Shown: piece after piece, positions 1 to 14,658 of the stretch
How the letters are laid out: every line of letters starts with the position of its first letter
How positions within the stretch are numbered: position 1 is the stretch's first letter
NCBI RefSeq assembly: GCF_009914755.1
Contig: NC_060932.1
Reading direction: 5' to 3' (one strand)
DNA length: 64,000 nt
From: the human T2T-CHM13v2.0 reference genome, Homo sapiens
Translations under genes and position numbers: made by a program
Notes under the pieces: generated by a model
Seen by the model: the letters and a program-made list of their open reading frames with translations, nothing else
Told to the model about the DNA's origin: nothing
The model's database searches: none

Positions 1-47
1 ACTTCAGCCTGGGCAACAGTGAGACCCTATATTGGAAAAGAAGAAAA
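1..47 (+). mobile_element. Alu 3' end (cut by window edge)
   Basis: ACTTCAGCCTGGGCAACAGTGAGACCC followed by an A-rich tail. Confidence 0.8.
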
Positions 48-496
48 ATCAAGACTAATGAAATCTATGCGAAGCAGGGAGAGGGACCTGCATGGCTGGA
101 GGAGCAGCACCCCTGATCACAGAAGCTGAGACTCATTAGGACTCCTGGGTTATTGAGTGAGAGCTGGGGCTCTAAGGCAGACAACAGACAAGTGCACCTT
201 TATTCTAGCCACCCTGAGCATCAGCCTCCAGTCCTCTCTGGCCTGCAACCTGGTGAGCTGGGCTGCACAACCCTCCTCTTCTCTCTTGTCCTCTCCCCTG
301 AGGCCTAGAGCAGAACTTCTCCACAGCCTGTGCTCTGCCCTTACCTGAGGAGCTACCTGCCTCCTTCCCAGGAGAAAGGGTGGCCAGTGGTCTTCCAAGG
401 CTCCATGCGCAGGGCAGAAGGAGGAATATAATCCTATCCCACCCTCCCATTCTCCGTAGTGTGGCTGCCCTGTGGTGTATCCCTCTCCTCATCCTT

Positions 497-672
<176 letters not shown>

Positions 673-884
673 TGAGGATGGAGCTGGGGGACACCGTGGG
701 GCTGGAGAGAAGGCCTTGAGATGAGAGTGCATGGCCAACACAGGCTCCCTCAGGGAGCTGTCGCCGGGAGGCCCAGGCAGGGGCATCAGAACTCCATGCA
801 GGTCCTGCAGCCTCCTCTGAGGCTCTGGTCTCCTCTCTGAGCATCCGTGGATCTTACAGTTGACACATCCAATGTGAGGCAATA

Positions 885-1110
885 TTGCAGAGCCATCGAG
901 AGTGTGCACTTTGGAGCCAGACTGCTCCTCAGTTAGAATCTCAGCTCCACCTTTGCTAGTTCTGTGATTCTGGATGAGTTATCTAACTTCCATGTGCTGT
1001 GCCTTCCTCATCTATAAAATGGGTTCCCTCATAGGGTAGTTAGGATGACTAAATGAGTCTGTGGAAGGTGCTTGGGGTAGTGTCCACCACAGAGTAAAAG
1101 TGTTAGTAAA
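885..1110 (+). mobile_element. MIR
   Basis: MIR core-like ...ttcctcatctataaaatggg... and ttggagccagactg. Confidence 0.75.
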
Positions 1111-1339
1111 AACAAAATTAATAAGTAAATGAACACAGAAGTCAGTATGTCATTGATTACTGGATTCACCTCAGCAAGATGGTAAGTTTCCTACCCACAG
1201 ATTCAAAGTCTTTCATTCTGCCTGTGGGTTCAGGGAGGCTTTCAATTAGACCCTGAAGGAGGGGAAACCTGGGCAGAGGTGGCAGAGGTGGACAAAGCTT
1301 GGACATTTGGAGGCTTTGGGGAGTCTGAGGTTGCTGGAG

Positions 1340-2230
<891 letters not shown>

Positions 2231-2239
2231 TTAACAGGT

Positions 2240-2436
2240 AGGCTCAGGAGTCCACGTGGCTTCAATTCACATCCTGGCCCAGCCAAGTGCTAGCTGTGTA
2301 ACCTTGGAGAGATCGTTTAACTTTCCTGAGCCTCAGTTTCCTTATCTGCATAATGAGGATTGTGTAGTGATTATTACCTACCTGAGAAGGCTTTTAGGAT
2401 CAGCACATGTACAGTGTTAAGAACTATGTCTGGTAC
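2240..2436 (+). mobile_element. MIR (target of the L1PA insertion)
   Basis: gctgtgtaaccttgg...ctgagcctcagtttccttatctg core. Confidence 0.8.
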
Positions 2437-2920
2437 TTGGAACCAACCCAAATGTCCATCAATGATAGACTGGATTAAGAAAATGTGGCACATATACACC
2501 ATGGAATACTAAGCAGCCATAAAAAATGATGAGTTCATGTCCTTTGTAGGGACATGGATGAAGCTGGAAACCATCATTCTCAGCAAACTATCGCAAGGAC
2601 AAAAAACCAAACACTGCATGTTCTCATTCATAGGTGGGAATTGAACAATGAGAGCACATGGACACAGGAAGGGGAACATCACACACCGGGGCCTGTTGTG
2701 GGGTGGGGGGAGGGGGGAGGGATAGCATTAGGAGATATACCTAATGTAAATGACGAGTTAATGGGTACAGCACACCAATATGGCACATGTATACATATGT
2801 AACAAACCTGCACGTTGTGCACATGTACCCTAGAACTTAAAGTATATATATATATATATATAAACCCTTTACATATAATAAATAAATTCCTTTCTCAGGG
2901 CAAAAAAAAAAAAAAAAAAA
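2437..2920 (+). mobile_element. 5'-truncated L1PA (L1PA4-like) 3' end with extra 3' sequence
   Basis: ORF2 C-terminus and 3'UTR (tggaaccaacccaaatgtcc...ccctagaacttaaagtata), G-rich tract, poly-A; 15-bp TSD aactatgtctggtac at 2422-2436 and 2921-2935. Confidence 0.96.
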
Positions 2921-3855
2921 AACTATGTCTGGTACAGAGGGAGTGCTCCTAAGTGTGAGTTTCCATTACATTAGTACTAGCATTGAAACTGATTTTAGGA
3001 TTAGTGTTTATCATCCTAGAGATGTCCAACATGGGCCTGGAGCACAGAAACAAGCTCAGGAAGGGATAGATGTATTGGGAATCAATAGTACATACAGGCT
3101 GGTGATTACCAACCTATAGATGTGTTCCTAAGGAGGAAGAAATGGGCATCACCCGGGTTCTTTTCAAAGCGTATCATCCTACCCAACTGCACTATAACCC
3201 TGACCCTGGCCCCTGCAGTCCTGCTGTCCTATGAAAAATCAGCATAGGCAGGTATCACCATGACCAATGGGAATGTGCCGCATCCTTCAGGTCTGCAGGT
3301 GAAGAAAAAAGATGCACAGACAGCTGATGGAGGTGACAGGTGAACCTATGGGGTGACTGAACTCACTCAGGGACAGCTCAGAGATAGAAGACTGCTGGGC
3401 TGAAGACAGAACCCTGAGGCAGCATCAGCATTTAAGATGCAGGATCCAAAGCGGTAGCTCCATCAGTTCACAGAGCTACAACTGCCCCATGTGCCACTCG
3501 TATGAAATTCACTTTGCCCTCATGGACTAGATATGAAAACCCTGTTGTAGGCATTTGGTCCATCTACAGATTCAGGGGCAAGTTCCAACCAGGCCCCATT
3601 CAATAGCATAAGAGGCTTCCTTTGCCTCTTCCTCCACTATTAGGAGTGGACTCAGTGTGGCTAAGCTAAACCAAAGAGATGAAGAAAGAAGTGAGAGAGG
3701 CCACTTCATCCTTCTCTGTAGTCCAGCTAAAACTTTGCCCTAAGTGCCCTGGCCTAACCCCCCGTTCCGTGATATTTCAGAGCTCAAAGTTTCTTGGCCA
3801 AGGAAATGAAAACACCTATAACTCGGAGATACCAATACTTAAGTTGGTATTTGAT

Positions 3856-4320
3856 TATATTAGTCAGACTTTTGGTTACAAGATGGAAATCCAATTCAAA
3901 TTGACATAAGTGTAAAACAAAAAGGCGGTTCGTTCGTGTAATTGAAAAGTCTGAGCTGGCCTGGCTTTGCGCCCAGCTGGATCTAAGCAATGTCTGCAGG
4001 CGTCGTGTCTCTCCATCTCTCGGCTCAGCTTTCTTCTGTGTGGGATTTACTCAGACAGGTTTCCCCCACCGACAGCCAGCAGCTTTTCTCAGCAACCCCC
4101 GTAGAAAGAAGGCTGTGCTTCCACAGTGCTCCCAGCAAATGCCCTGGAATTGAGAAACTCAGGTCACCTGTCTATCCCCAAGCCAACTGCTGGAGCCAAA
4201 GGGTGCACGGTGCCAACTGGCCAGGCCTGTGTCACGCACTCCCACCGGGCATTGTGGGACCACATGGACCAAGAATGGGTGGTGAGGAAATTGGGGAGAG
4301 GGAATAAACCAAAGCCAAAT
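3856..4320 (-). mobile_element. Old MaLR solo LTR (MLT1K/J-like)
   Basis: Starts tattagtcagacttttggttacaag...aaatccaattcaaa and contains ctccatctctcggctcagctttcttctgtgtggg, as in MLT1K reverse complement. Confidence 0.7.
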
Positions 4321-4801
4321 TACCATATGTAAGTCCTGCACTGCCTTAAAAGCCTAGTCGTTAAGAAAAAGGAGTGACCGTGGCGGTAATTCTCAGAGCA
4401 GACTCAGTGGGGAGCACTGAACCTGGAGCTGGCCTTTGTGGCCCAGAACACATGTGAGAGTGAAGGCTAGGCAGTGGAATATTTCCACAGAAGTGATATT
4501 CCACATGCGGGTCCCCCTCTGTAGCATGCTAACCCCACGTGCAGAAGTGTCATCTCCCCCGGGGGCTTGGGCAGTATCCTCTGTATGCTTCCACTTCTCT
4601 CCACTCCCCTGCAGCCCCTGAGCTGGTGCCTGTCCATACTTGGCCCCTGTGCAGCACTCAGTAGATGGTCACTGGTTGAGCAGCATCAGAGCGGGCATGC
4701 AGAGAAGGGCCCCTCGTCCTGCGGCCGGTGCAGGACGCCATCTTTGCTTCAGGTGATGCTCCCACTCTGGTGAGTTCTCTGGTTTATATTGCAGACAACA
4801 A

Positions 4802-5447
4802 TGTATTTGATCTAATGGCTGCTATAACATATTCCCACAAACTTAGGCTTAACACCAGTTTATTATCTTATGGTACTAGAGGTCATAGTCCGAAATGGGT
4901 CTCACTGAGCTGAAGGTGACAAACAAAGTATTGACAAAGTGTACTCCTTCCTGGAAGCTCTCAGGGAGAATCCATCTTCTTGCTTCCCAGCTTCTAGAGG
5001 CCTCCCGAATTGCTTAGCTCAGGGCCCCCTTCCATCTTCAAAGCCAGCAATGGATGCTTGAGTTTTTCTTATGCTGCAGAACATGAGAACATGCAGTTTC
5101 TCAGACTCTGACGTTCATTGGCTTCCTACATCTTTAAAGGACTCTTATGATTACCTTGTGCCTACCCTGATAATCCAGAATAATCTGTTTATCCTAAGGT
5201 CAGATGATTAGCAACCTTAATTCCATCTGCAATCTTGTCTGTTTTAGACTAGTCAAGTGCAGTTCTGAGAAGGGGGAAAGAGTAGACAAGGAGTTGAATC
5301 TGTGACTGCCTGTGAACCATGCGTTGAGATCACTGACTACCTCCATCTGCAATATTCATTCCTCTTTGCCATTTAACATAAAATATTCACAGGTTCCAGG
5401 GATTAGGGCACAGGCATCTTTGGGGGTCCATTACTCTGCCTACCACA
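4802..5447 (-). mobile_element. MLT1D solo LTR carrying a Y-RNA retrocopy
   Basis: ggctgctataac...gaaatgggtctcactg...gattagcaaccttaattccatctgcaa...ctctgcctaccaca. Confidence 0.9.
5246..5342 (-). pseudogene. hY1 (RNY1-type) Y RNA retropseudogene, ~11 nt 5'-truncated
   Basis: Reverse complement aggtagtcagtgatctcaacgcatggttcacaggcagtcacagattcaactccttgtctactctttcccccttctcagaactgcacttgactagtct matches recalled hY1; short A-rich tail; TSD tccatctgcaat(c/a)tt at 5222-5236 and 5342-5356. Confidence 0.92.
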
Positions 5448-5472
5448 GCATTGTTACAATCATCAGTTCTAA

Positions 5473-5838
<366 letters not shown>

Positions 5839-6059
5839 TAAACATCCCCATTTTACCACTGAGAAAACAGAGGCACCTAAAAGTCAGTTATCTCCAAGAT
5901 AATATCCACAGACCCAGTAAACAGTAGATCATAGTTCTGCCAGACCATAAAGTCTGAGCTTCTAGACAGTCAGCTGATAGAGGGTGTCAGGAGATTCAGA
6001 ATAGAAGAAAATGGAGATTCTTTTCTACATCAGCAGCAGGGCATGGGGCAGTGGGGACG

Positions 6060-6200
6060 TTCTCAGGTGCCAGACCACCTGGGTTTATGTCCCAGCTCTA
6101 TCCCTTACTAGCAACGTGACCTTGGGCAGGTCACCCCACCTCTGTATGCCTCCCTTTCCTTGACTGTAAAATGAGCAGACAAGGCTATAGTGAATCACCA
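6060..6200 (+). mobile_element. MIR
   Basis: cctgggttt..tcccagctct...gtgaccttgggcaggtcac...ctgtaaaatg. Confidence 0.8.
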
Positions 6201-6301
6201 TGGCTGGTTTTATTTTTATTTTTAAAGTCAAACAAATTCCTGGATCCAGATTTCTCTTTTTTATGCTTGTCTTCAACCTGCTTTTAGAGGAAGGAAAACT
6301 C

Positions 6302-6306
<5 letters not shown>

Positions 6307-6345
<39 letters not shown>
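6307..6345. repeat. (TA)19 microsatellite
   Basis: Perfect TA run. Confidence 0.98.
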
Positions 6346-6347
<2 letters not shown>

Positions 6348-6396
6348 TTTTACTTTGCCTTCCTTTTCTCTTGTCTTTTCTCAGAAGGCAGCAGGG

Positions 6397-6580
6397 CAGG
6401 GACCAGCTAACTATGCCTGTCTCTGTGTGGCCTGTGGGCTAAGAATGGTATTGTATTTTTAAAGGGTTGTAAAAAACAAACAAAACAAAGAAGAACAATA
6501 TGCAACCGAGGTTGCATGTGGCCCACAAAGCCTAAGATATTTACTGTCTGGCCCTTGACTGAAAAAGTTTGCTGACCTCA
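6397..6580 (+). mobile_element. MER58-family hAT-Charlie element
   Basis: gctaagaatgg...tggcccacaaagcctaagatatttactgtctggccctt...aaaagtttgctgacc. Confidence 0.85.
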
Positions 6581-7148
6581 GAAAGAACACAGGCAGTAGT
6601 GTCAACCACACCTGGGGTTGGGTGCTGTACTAGATGATCAGGACTCAATTGGACCTTTGGGTCATGAAAGCACCTTGGGGCCTTCCCACAGTGGTGACTT
6701 TCATAAGATTTGTAGCAACAGCAGCAGCGCCGGTAGCAACAGCAGGTGCGGTAGTAGTAGACGTGGTAGTTGGAATTTACTGAGCATAATCTGCTTTAAT
6801 CTCCTCAACAATCCTCTGCGATAAGCATGACTATGAGCCCCCTTTTACACATGTGGAAACAGAAGCTGCCTGGGGGTGCGGGTCCCCCGCCCGTGGTTAC
6901 ACAGTGAGATGGGACAGAACCAGGATTGGAACGTAGGCAGCCTGACTCTGAATTTTTCTACATTGCCTCCCTATCATTGCCATCAGCTCTCCCTTCAGGC
7001 AAGATAAATCTTTGCCTTCCCTTGTTTTCTTCCCTGACCCCTTTTCCCTAATTCTCTGACAAAATTCATTTCCACTGTAAAAGGGCAACTGAAAAATAGA
7101 AGAGCTTTCAAAACAGCTCTGACACAGACATCTATAATTTGGGTTTTG

Positions 7149-7320
7149 GCATCCATCCATCCATCCCATTCATCCATCCATCCCTCCACCCACCCATCCA
7201 TCCATCCACCTACCCATCCACCCACCCATCCCTCCATCCCTCCACCCACCTACTCACTCATCCATCCATCCCATCCATTCACCCCTCCCTTGATCCCTCC
7301 CTCCCTCCCTCCATCCATCA
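7149..7320. repeat. (CCAT/CCAC/CCCT)n tetranucleotide repeat
   Basis: Degenerate CCAT array; source of the HPS-rich and MDGW-rich ORFs. Confidence 0.95.
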
Positions 7321-8269
7321 CAACACAGCACCAGGAACTCATAAGAGCCCACATCTTCGACACTGACAACTGGGGCAAACCCCAAGTGCCTGGGTCCTCC
7401 AAATTCATTGTTGCCAGGAAGCACAGAGGGAAGCTCATTAAATAGTACCAAGTACTTGATTAATATGCTGCAATTCGGGCAGCACCAGACTATTTCAGCA
7501 CCCCCTCCCCTTACCCCGTTACCATGACAATATTATTTTAACAAACAGCTCCTTAATATTAAATGAAAATTATGCTCCTGACAGACGAGCAGAAGAGCAG
7601 CTGAACTACAAAGGGCTTAGAGGGTCCGCCAGGACATTTTTGCATGAAGCCATCAGTTTCCCCTGATCCCTGGATGCCATTTGTTGCCAGAAAATGCAAG
7701 TGTTCTGGAGGCTGGGAGCCAACGTGATGCCAGGCCTTGGTTACAAGCAGCAATTGAGGGTTGTCACTTTTTTAATGCAGAATGTCACAACGGCTCCACG
7801 AGGACGGGGTAGCGTGATAGCATTATTAAACACTCCTTTGTACACCGATCGGCTAATTTCACCCCTGCTCGCCTGAGGCTGCTGAAAGCCTTGTTTGCTT
7901 CCCGTCTTGAATCGAGTTGGATTGTAAGACTGAGTGTAGAGAGCCCTTGCCTGTGTGCACCAGGGTGAGAAGAAGCCCATCTTTCCTCTGCAAGGAGCCA
8001 TCTGTCCCACCCAGTCAATTCAGCAACAAGCAGTTGCAGGGATTGGGGGACCCAAGCCTCTGCCCTCAATGGGGGTGAATGTCAAGAGAGAAAAGACGAA
8101 GGACATACAGGCTACTCTATGGTAACCTCCATCAGTATGTTGGTGGGTTTATGTGCCAGGCACTGTGCTAAGCACTTGAAAGCAAAAATTAAGGACACAT
8201 CCGAGATCCCCAATGGCAAAGATGAGTGAATAACTATAGTAAAGTGGAGAGAGGATGGCAATGGCAGTG

Positions 8270-8760
8270 GGTGACCTATTAGCTGTGTGACCTTGGGTAA
8301 CTTACTTAACCTCTCTGTGCCTCAATTTTCTCATCCACAAATTGGGGATAATAACACTATCTACCTTAACCATTGCCATGAGGTTTAAAATGAAATAAAC
8401 ACATAAGAAGCACTAGAACAGTACTTAAAATACTTAAAACAGTGGGCACATGGTAAGCAGTAAATAAATGCTAGCTAGGACTGCAAGTTCCCATGGTACC
8501 ATGCATACAATTATAATAATGGCTAACATGTAGTAAGTGCTTACTCCATCCCAGGCACTATGTGAAGTGTTGGAGTTGTACTACATCATTTAATCTTCAT
8601 AGGCAACCCTGTGAGATAGGTACTATGTCATCATTGTTATCCTCACCTTGCAAATGAGGAAACTGAGGCTCTGTGGGTTTGCGGAACTTGTCCTAGGTCC
8701 TGAGGCTGGGAAGAGGGGATTTGAATCCAGCTTCATCTGGATTTGCTGCCTCATCAAAAC
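8270..8760. mobile_element. Two MIRs in opposite orientation
   Basis: agctgtgtgaccttggg...ctctgtgcctcaatttt (+) then aaatgaggaaactgaggct (-). Confidence 0.85.
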
Positions 8761-9384
8761 ACGAACTACAGTATCACAAAAAGCACACAAATGGTGGTAC
8801 TCCAGGAACACGGGAACCTCGCTGGGGAGGCCTGTCCCGGGGAAGTGGCTGCAGGTGACTTGAAGGCTGATGCATTTTCATGGACTGAGAGGATGGGACT
8901 GGAAAGTGGAAGAGGAATTCTAAGAAGGAGGACTTGGGGGAGCTAAGACCTGGAGGAGGGGAACTATGGACTGCATTTGGAGAAGGAAGCACGATCTGGT
9001 TTGATTGACTCTACAATAGGCAGATTCTTGGTACCAAGTGGGAGCTTGTCTTAAACAAATATGACCTATTTATTTAAAATATACGTTGGATTTTTATTTA
9101 AAATAAATAGATTGGAAGAGGAAGAGTGAGACATAAGGGGGAGAGCAAAGCTTGTAGAGATTTCTGTTCCCTCCTATCAGGATTTCACTGGGTGGACTAA
9201 TATGAGAATGTCGGTAAAAGTTCTGTGTGTGTGTGTGTGTGTGTATAAAATAAAAACATTTCTTGCCAGTACCTCCAAAAGCAAAGATAGAGGCAAAGAA
9301 AGGAAGGCTTGAACAGTGTAGCAAAATACAATCAAAGCCATGGTATGTTACATTTAAAAATACATGTGTGTGTTTGTGTGTGTA

Positions 9385-9912
9385 TGTATATCAGCTATTT
9401 ATTGCCACAATAGTGCTTCATGACAACTGCCCACAAACCTCAGTGGTGAACAAGAAGAAACACTTATTTAGCATGAAAGTCTACAGGGTTCAGTTGATCT
9501 CAGTTTGGGTTGGGCCTGCTCACATACCTAGGTCAGTGAGGGGGTCCTGCTAATCTCAGCTGGAGTCAGCCATATCTTAGGGGGTTTTCTGGATGCTGGC
9601 TGATCTAAGATGACCTCTACTGGGATGACAGGGGTGAGCTGACAAAGCTTCGCACATCATTCATCCTCCAGCAGTCTCACCCAGGCATGATTTCATGGGA
9701 GTGGCAGAGGAGCGAGGGTGCTTTTGCAGAAAGGTACAAGAGCTTTTTCAGGTCTTGGCTTGCATCACATCCTTATCCAATGAACCAAAGCAAGTGACAT
9801 GGCTGAGAGTCCCTGTAGGAGGTGCAGGGAGTGTGGGGACTCTACAAGGTGACATGTCAAAAGGCAGGAATACAGGGAACAGTAAAGCACTGGGACTGTT
9901 ATTACAACCAGT
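9385..9912 (-). mobile_element. MaLR solo LTR (MLT1H/G-like)
   Basis: tatcagctatttattgccacaatagtgc...acaaacctcagtgg...ctggctgatctaagatg...ccaaagcaagtgacatggct. Confidence 0.75.
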
Positions 9913-10202
9913 AACTTGTTTCTAGAAGTCTGCTTGATGAAACCTTCAAGCCACATGGAGGAGTCCTCAAAGATGTGCTTGAGATATTCATATAATTTCT
10001 TCTGCTCTAAGAACCATGAGGTGAACTTGACCTCAAAGTGAGACCTTGACATTGGGGCATTTAAGTCAGTATCTGTGTCTTCCACCCCACACCTGATCCC
10101 TGACCCAAAGTGTCCACAGAGACTAATAGAACCCATCATTAGAGGAATGGGGACCTACTGCACTCTTCGTAGTGCCAGGGTTGGATGTGTTGCTTCTCCT
10201 AA

Positions 10203-10655
<453 letters not shown>

Positions 10656-11025
10656 GGTTTTTTTTTTTTTTAATTCTGCGTCATTTTTTTCATATAACTC
10701 AATACTTTGAGTTTATTTCATACTTGATATCTTCCACAACAAGGACTAGCATTATTCCCATTTCACAGATGAAGTAAGTGAGGCCCAGTTATGTGACTTT
10801 CTCAGAGTGGCAAAGGCAGATGTTACCCCAGCCCTATTTCTACCTCTGCCACCACCAATCTCTAACTCAGCCCTCGGGCCACGTTCCCACACACTCTTAA
10901 GACTGTGTTCAAATCCTAATTCTGTTTCCTGCCAACATGTGGCCTTGGATATATCACTTGCCCTTTCTGAGCTTCTGGAGAACATCTTGCCTTCATGATA
11001 GTGTTGTTATGAGGACTAAATTTAA

Positions 11026-11443
<418 letters not shown>

Positions 11444-11643
11444 TAGGAACCTGAGGCTGGTGACACGGAGTGACTCCCAGAGGACCCACCATGGTGGGGC
11501 TGGGACTCAGAGGCAAGCTGTCTGGTCCAGACCCTGTGCACTCTGCCCTCTCCCCTCTTTCCTGTGAAAAGGCCCAGCAAGAACACTGGAAATACTCCCT
11601 ACCCTTGTCCCTTTGGAACCTTGAGATAGAGATGCTCATGAGG

Positions 11644-11940
11644 GGCTGGGCACAGTGGTTCATGCCTGTAATCCCAACACTTCAGGAGGCCAAGACAGGT
11701 AGATCACCTGAGGTCAGGAGTTCGAGACCAGCCTGGGCAACATGGTGAAATCCCATTTCTACTAAAAATACAAAAATTAGCCAGGCACAGTTGTGCACAC
11801 CTGTAATCCCAGCTATTCAGGAGGCAGAGGCAGGAAAATCACTTGAACCCAGGAGGCTGAGGTTGCAGTGAGCCAAGATCATGCCACTACACTCCAGCTT
11901 GGGCAACAGAGTGAGACTCCACCTCAAAAAAAAAAAAAAA
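11644..11940 (+). mobile_element. AluS
   Basis: Full Alu; TSD agagatgctcatgag. Confidence 0.96.
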
Positions 11941-12494
11941 TAGAGAGAGTGAGAGATGCTCATGAGTGAGAACATGCCACAGTGGAAGTCCAGGTAACAC
12001 CCTGGACATTACCCTAAAGAGCAGCTAAAACAGATGCTGCCCAATCGCCCGATCACTTTGACAATAGGAAGTCAAGTTAGAGAACCCTGATTTCATGTCC
12101 CAAGAAACCACAGGAGAAAAGAAACCCACCCAGGGTTTCAGTGCAGTAAACCTGAGTGACTGAGAAAGCAGTGGCATCATCTCTCCAAGTCCCAACACTT
12201 GATTAACGCCCATTGACCTACGTGACTGAGTGCCTGATGCGGATGTGATATTGCTGACAGATCATTTGCTGGGAATGTGAGCGTGGCTGCAGGATCCGTG
12301 CGGGAGCACTCGGGCCCTCCTCCCTCATCCTGAGGCATCAGTACCTATAAAACCCCTCTAAGCACCTTGACATTGGAGCCTTTTAACTCCTGGAGGGAGG
12401 TCATAGTGAAGATGAGAGTCTGTATTTTACAGATAACCAAACTAAGGAGGTAAAGTCTGATACTAATTAAAGCTCTGTTTCTTTGCCTTTGATC

Positions 12495-12710
12495 AAAATC
12501 TTAGGTTCATATTTGTGGCCCACCATTTACCATCTGTGAGACTTTGGGCCAAGTTATTGACTTCTCTGTGCCTCCATTTTATCCTCTGTAAAATGGGGAT
12601 AATTGTATTTACCTCTCAGAGTTGTTTTGAGAATTAAATGTGTTAATCCATATTGTTGCGCTTAGAACAATATCTGGAGTAAACATAGGAACCGTTTGGT
12701 AAATATTACC
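12495..12710 (+). mobile_element. MIR
   Basis: actttgggccaagttattgacttctctgtgcctcc...ctgtaaaatggggataat. Confidence 0.85.
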
Positions 12711-13452
12711 TATTTAACATTAATGTGTGCATTTTAATCATAGGTAGAGATGAAGTAGAATTTGATAAATTTAGTTTGGGGCATGGGGGTGAAACCGCAA
12801 AAGGCATCTCATGATGACAACATTTACGGGTCCATTGGAATAGATGACTTGCCCAAGGCCACCCTGCAGGTGACAGGCCACGTAGGGACTAGAAGCCAGC
12901 TTCCCTGATTCCAAGATCCATACCCTTTCTGCTTTTCCAAGCTACTTGACTTTCTGAGAAGGGGCTTCTGTTCCATCCCTAAATCAAGCCACTGCGCGAC
13001 TCTCACTATCCAAAAGTACCTGCATTCATTTGGAAACCCCCATTTCCTTAAAACTTTCAACCGGCAAATTTAGTGGCACTGTGCACCCAGATTTGCATTA
13101 ACCATGGAAGAAGGATACAGTTTGTTTCCAAGAACACTTAATTAAGCACTAGGTTTAATTAACTTAAATCAACCTCTCTCCCTGCTCCCATGTCCCCCCT
13201 CCTCGAAAAAGAGGGCTGCTTTAAGTATAGTCCCTAACTGGAAGTTCTGATTTTAGGAGTTTCTAATCAGACTCAAAATTGCCAGCTCCTTGTCTTAATC
13301 TGCCCCTGAGATACCAGCCCTCCCTGTGTGATTAATCTCCCCCTCTTTTTTTGGCCACATTTCAAACTTAGGCAAGCTTTGCACTGCAGTTTATCATGTT
13401 GTGGTTATTGTTCCTGAATGGAAACAATAGCCTCTACTTGCATTGTTCTTCA

Positions 13453-13453
13453 A

Positions 13454-13490
<37 letters not shown>

Positions 13491-13491
13491 C
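13453..13491. repeat. Compound (CA)n(GA)n microsatellite
   Basis: acacacacacacagagagagag... Confidence 0.95.
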
Positions 13492-13850
13492 AGCTCTCTT
13501 ATTTCCCAAGCCAGTAGATAAGCTTTGCCCTTCTGCAACCACCGTGAATGTGGTTCTTTGCCTCTACTCTCAAGAATCTTCATGAATTTTTTGCAAGTTT
13601 TTTCTTCCTCTCTCTAAAGAATCATGACCCACCCCAAATTGGACAATAACGAAATATACAGAATTGGACTTTGGGTCCCCTAGACTTTCTCCCTTCCCTC
13701 CCAAATTCCCAGAAACAACAGCAGTGCTGACCACTTCCTGAGCGCTCCTCAGCCACCCCGCCTGAGTGGTCTGCTCACTCCCAGCCTTGCTGCTTGCAAT
13801 CTTTCCATCACACCCCAGCCAGGGTTATCTTTTAAAAATACAAACCAAGA

Positions 13851-14158
<308 letters not shown>

Positions 14159-14658
14159 TCACATCACTCCCAGAGATTGTAACCACCTGAGAGCTTCTCA
14201 TTGCATTTGGCCTGATGTCCAGACTCTTTTCTCTGGTGATCCAAACCCCCCAAGATCTCGCCCTTCCCTTCCTCCCCACCCTCGTTTCTTCCCACATCCC
14301 CTCATCTGCCGTGCAGCAACCATGCAGGCTTTCTCTTGTTCTTCAGATACACCAAGCCTGGTTCCACCTTATGGTTTTGCATTTGCTGTTCCCTATGTGT
14401 GCAATGCTCGACCTGAGCCCGGGTTCCCTGGCTCAGGGAACAGAGGCTGACACCACACTCATAACACCTGATGGGATGGAGGAGATGGAGGTGGGCGGAA
14501 GAATGTGTAATCCCAGACAGCAGCAAGAGTAAGGGAGAAGGGAAGCAAGAGAGAGAAAACAAAGGCTGCAAATGCATTACTGAGCTGACCCATCACTTCT
14601 TGAGAAACTCTAGCCAGTTGCTCTGACACATGGGATTCTTTGGAGTGGCAATATGGAA

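Noticed and set aside
2554-2802. Near-identical ORFs MDEAGNHHSQQT... here and at 25646-25846
   Set aside because: Alternate-frame translations of the L1PA ORF2 end/3'UTR in two independent L1 insertions; not a gene duplication.
6897-7451. His/Pro/Ser-rich and MDGW-rich ORFs
   Set aside because: Translations of the (CCAT)n microsatellite.
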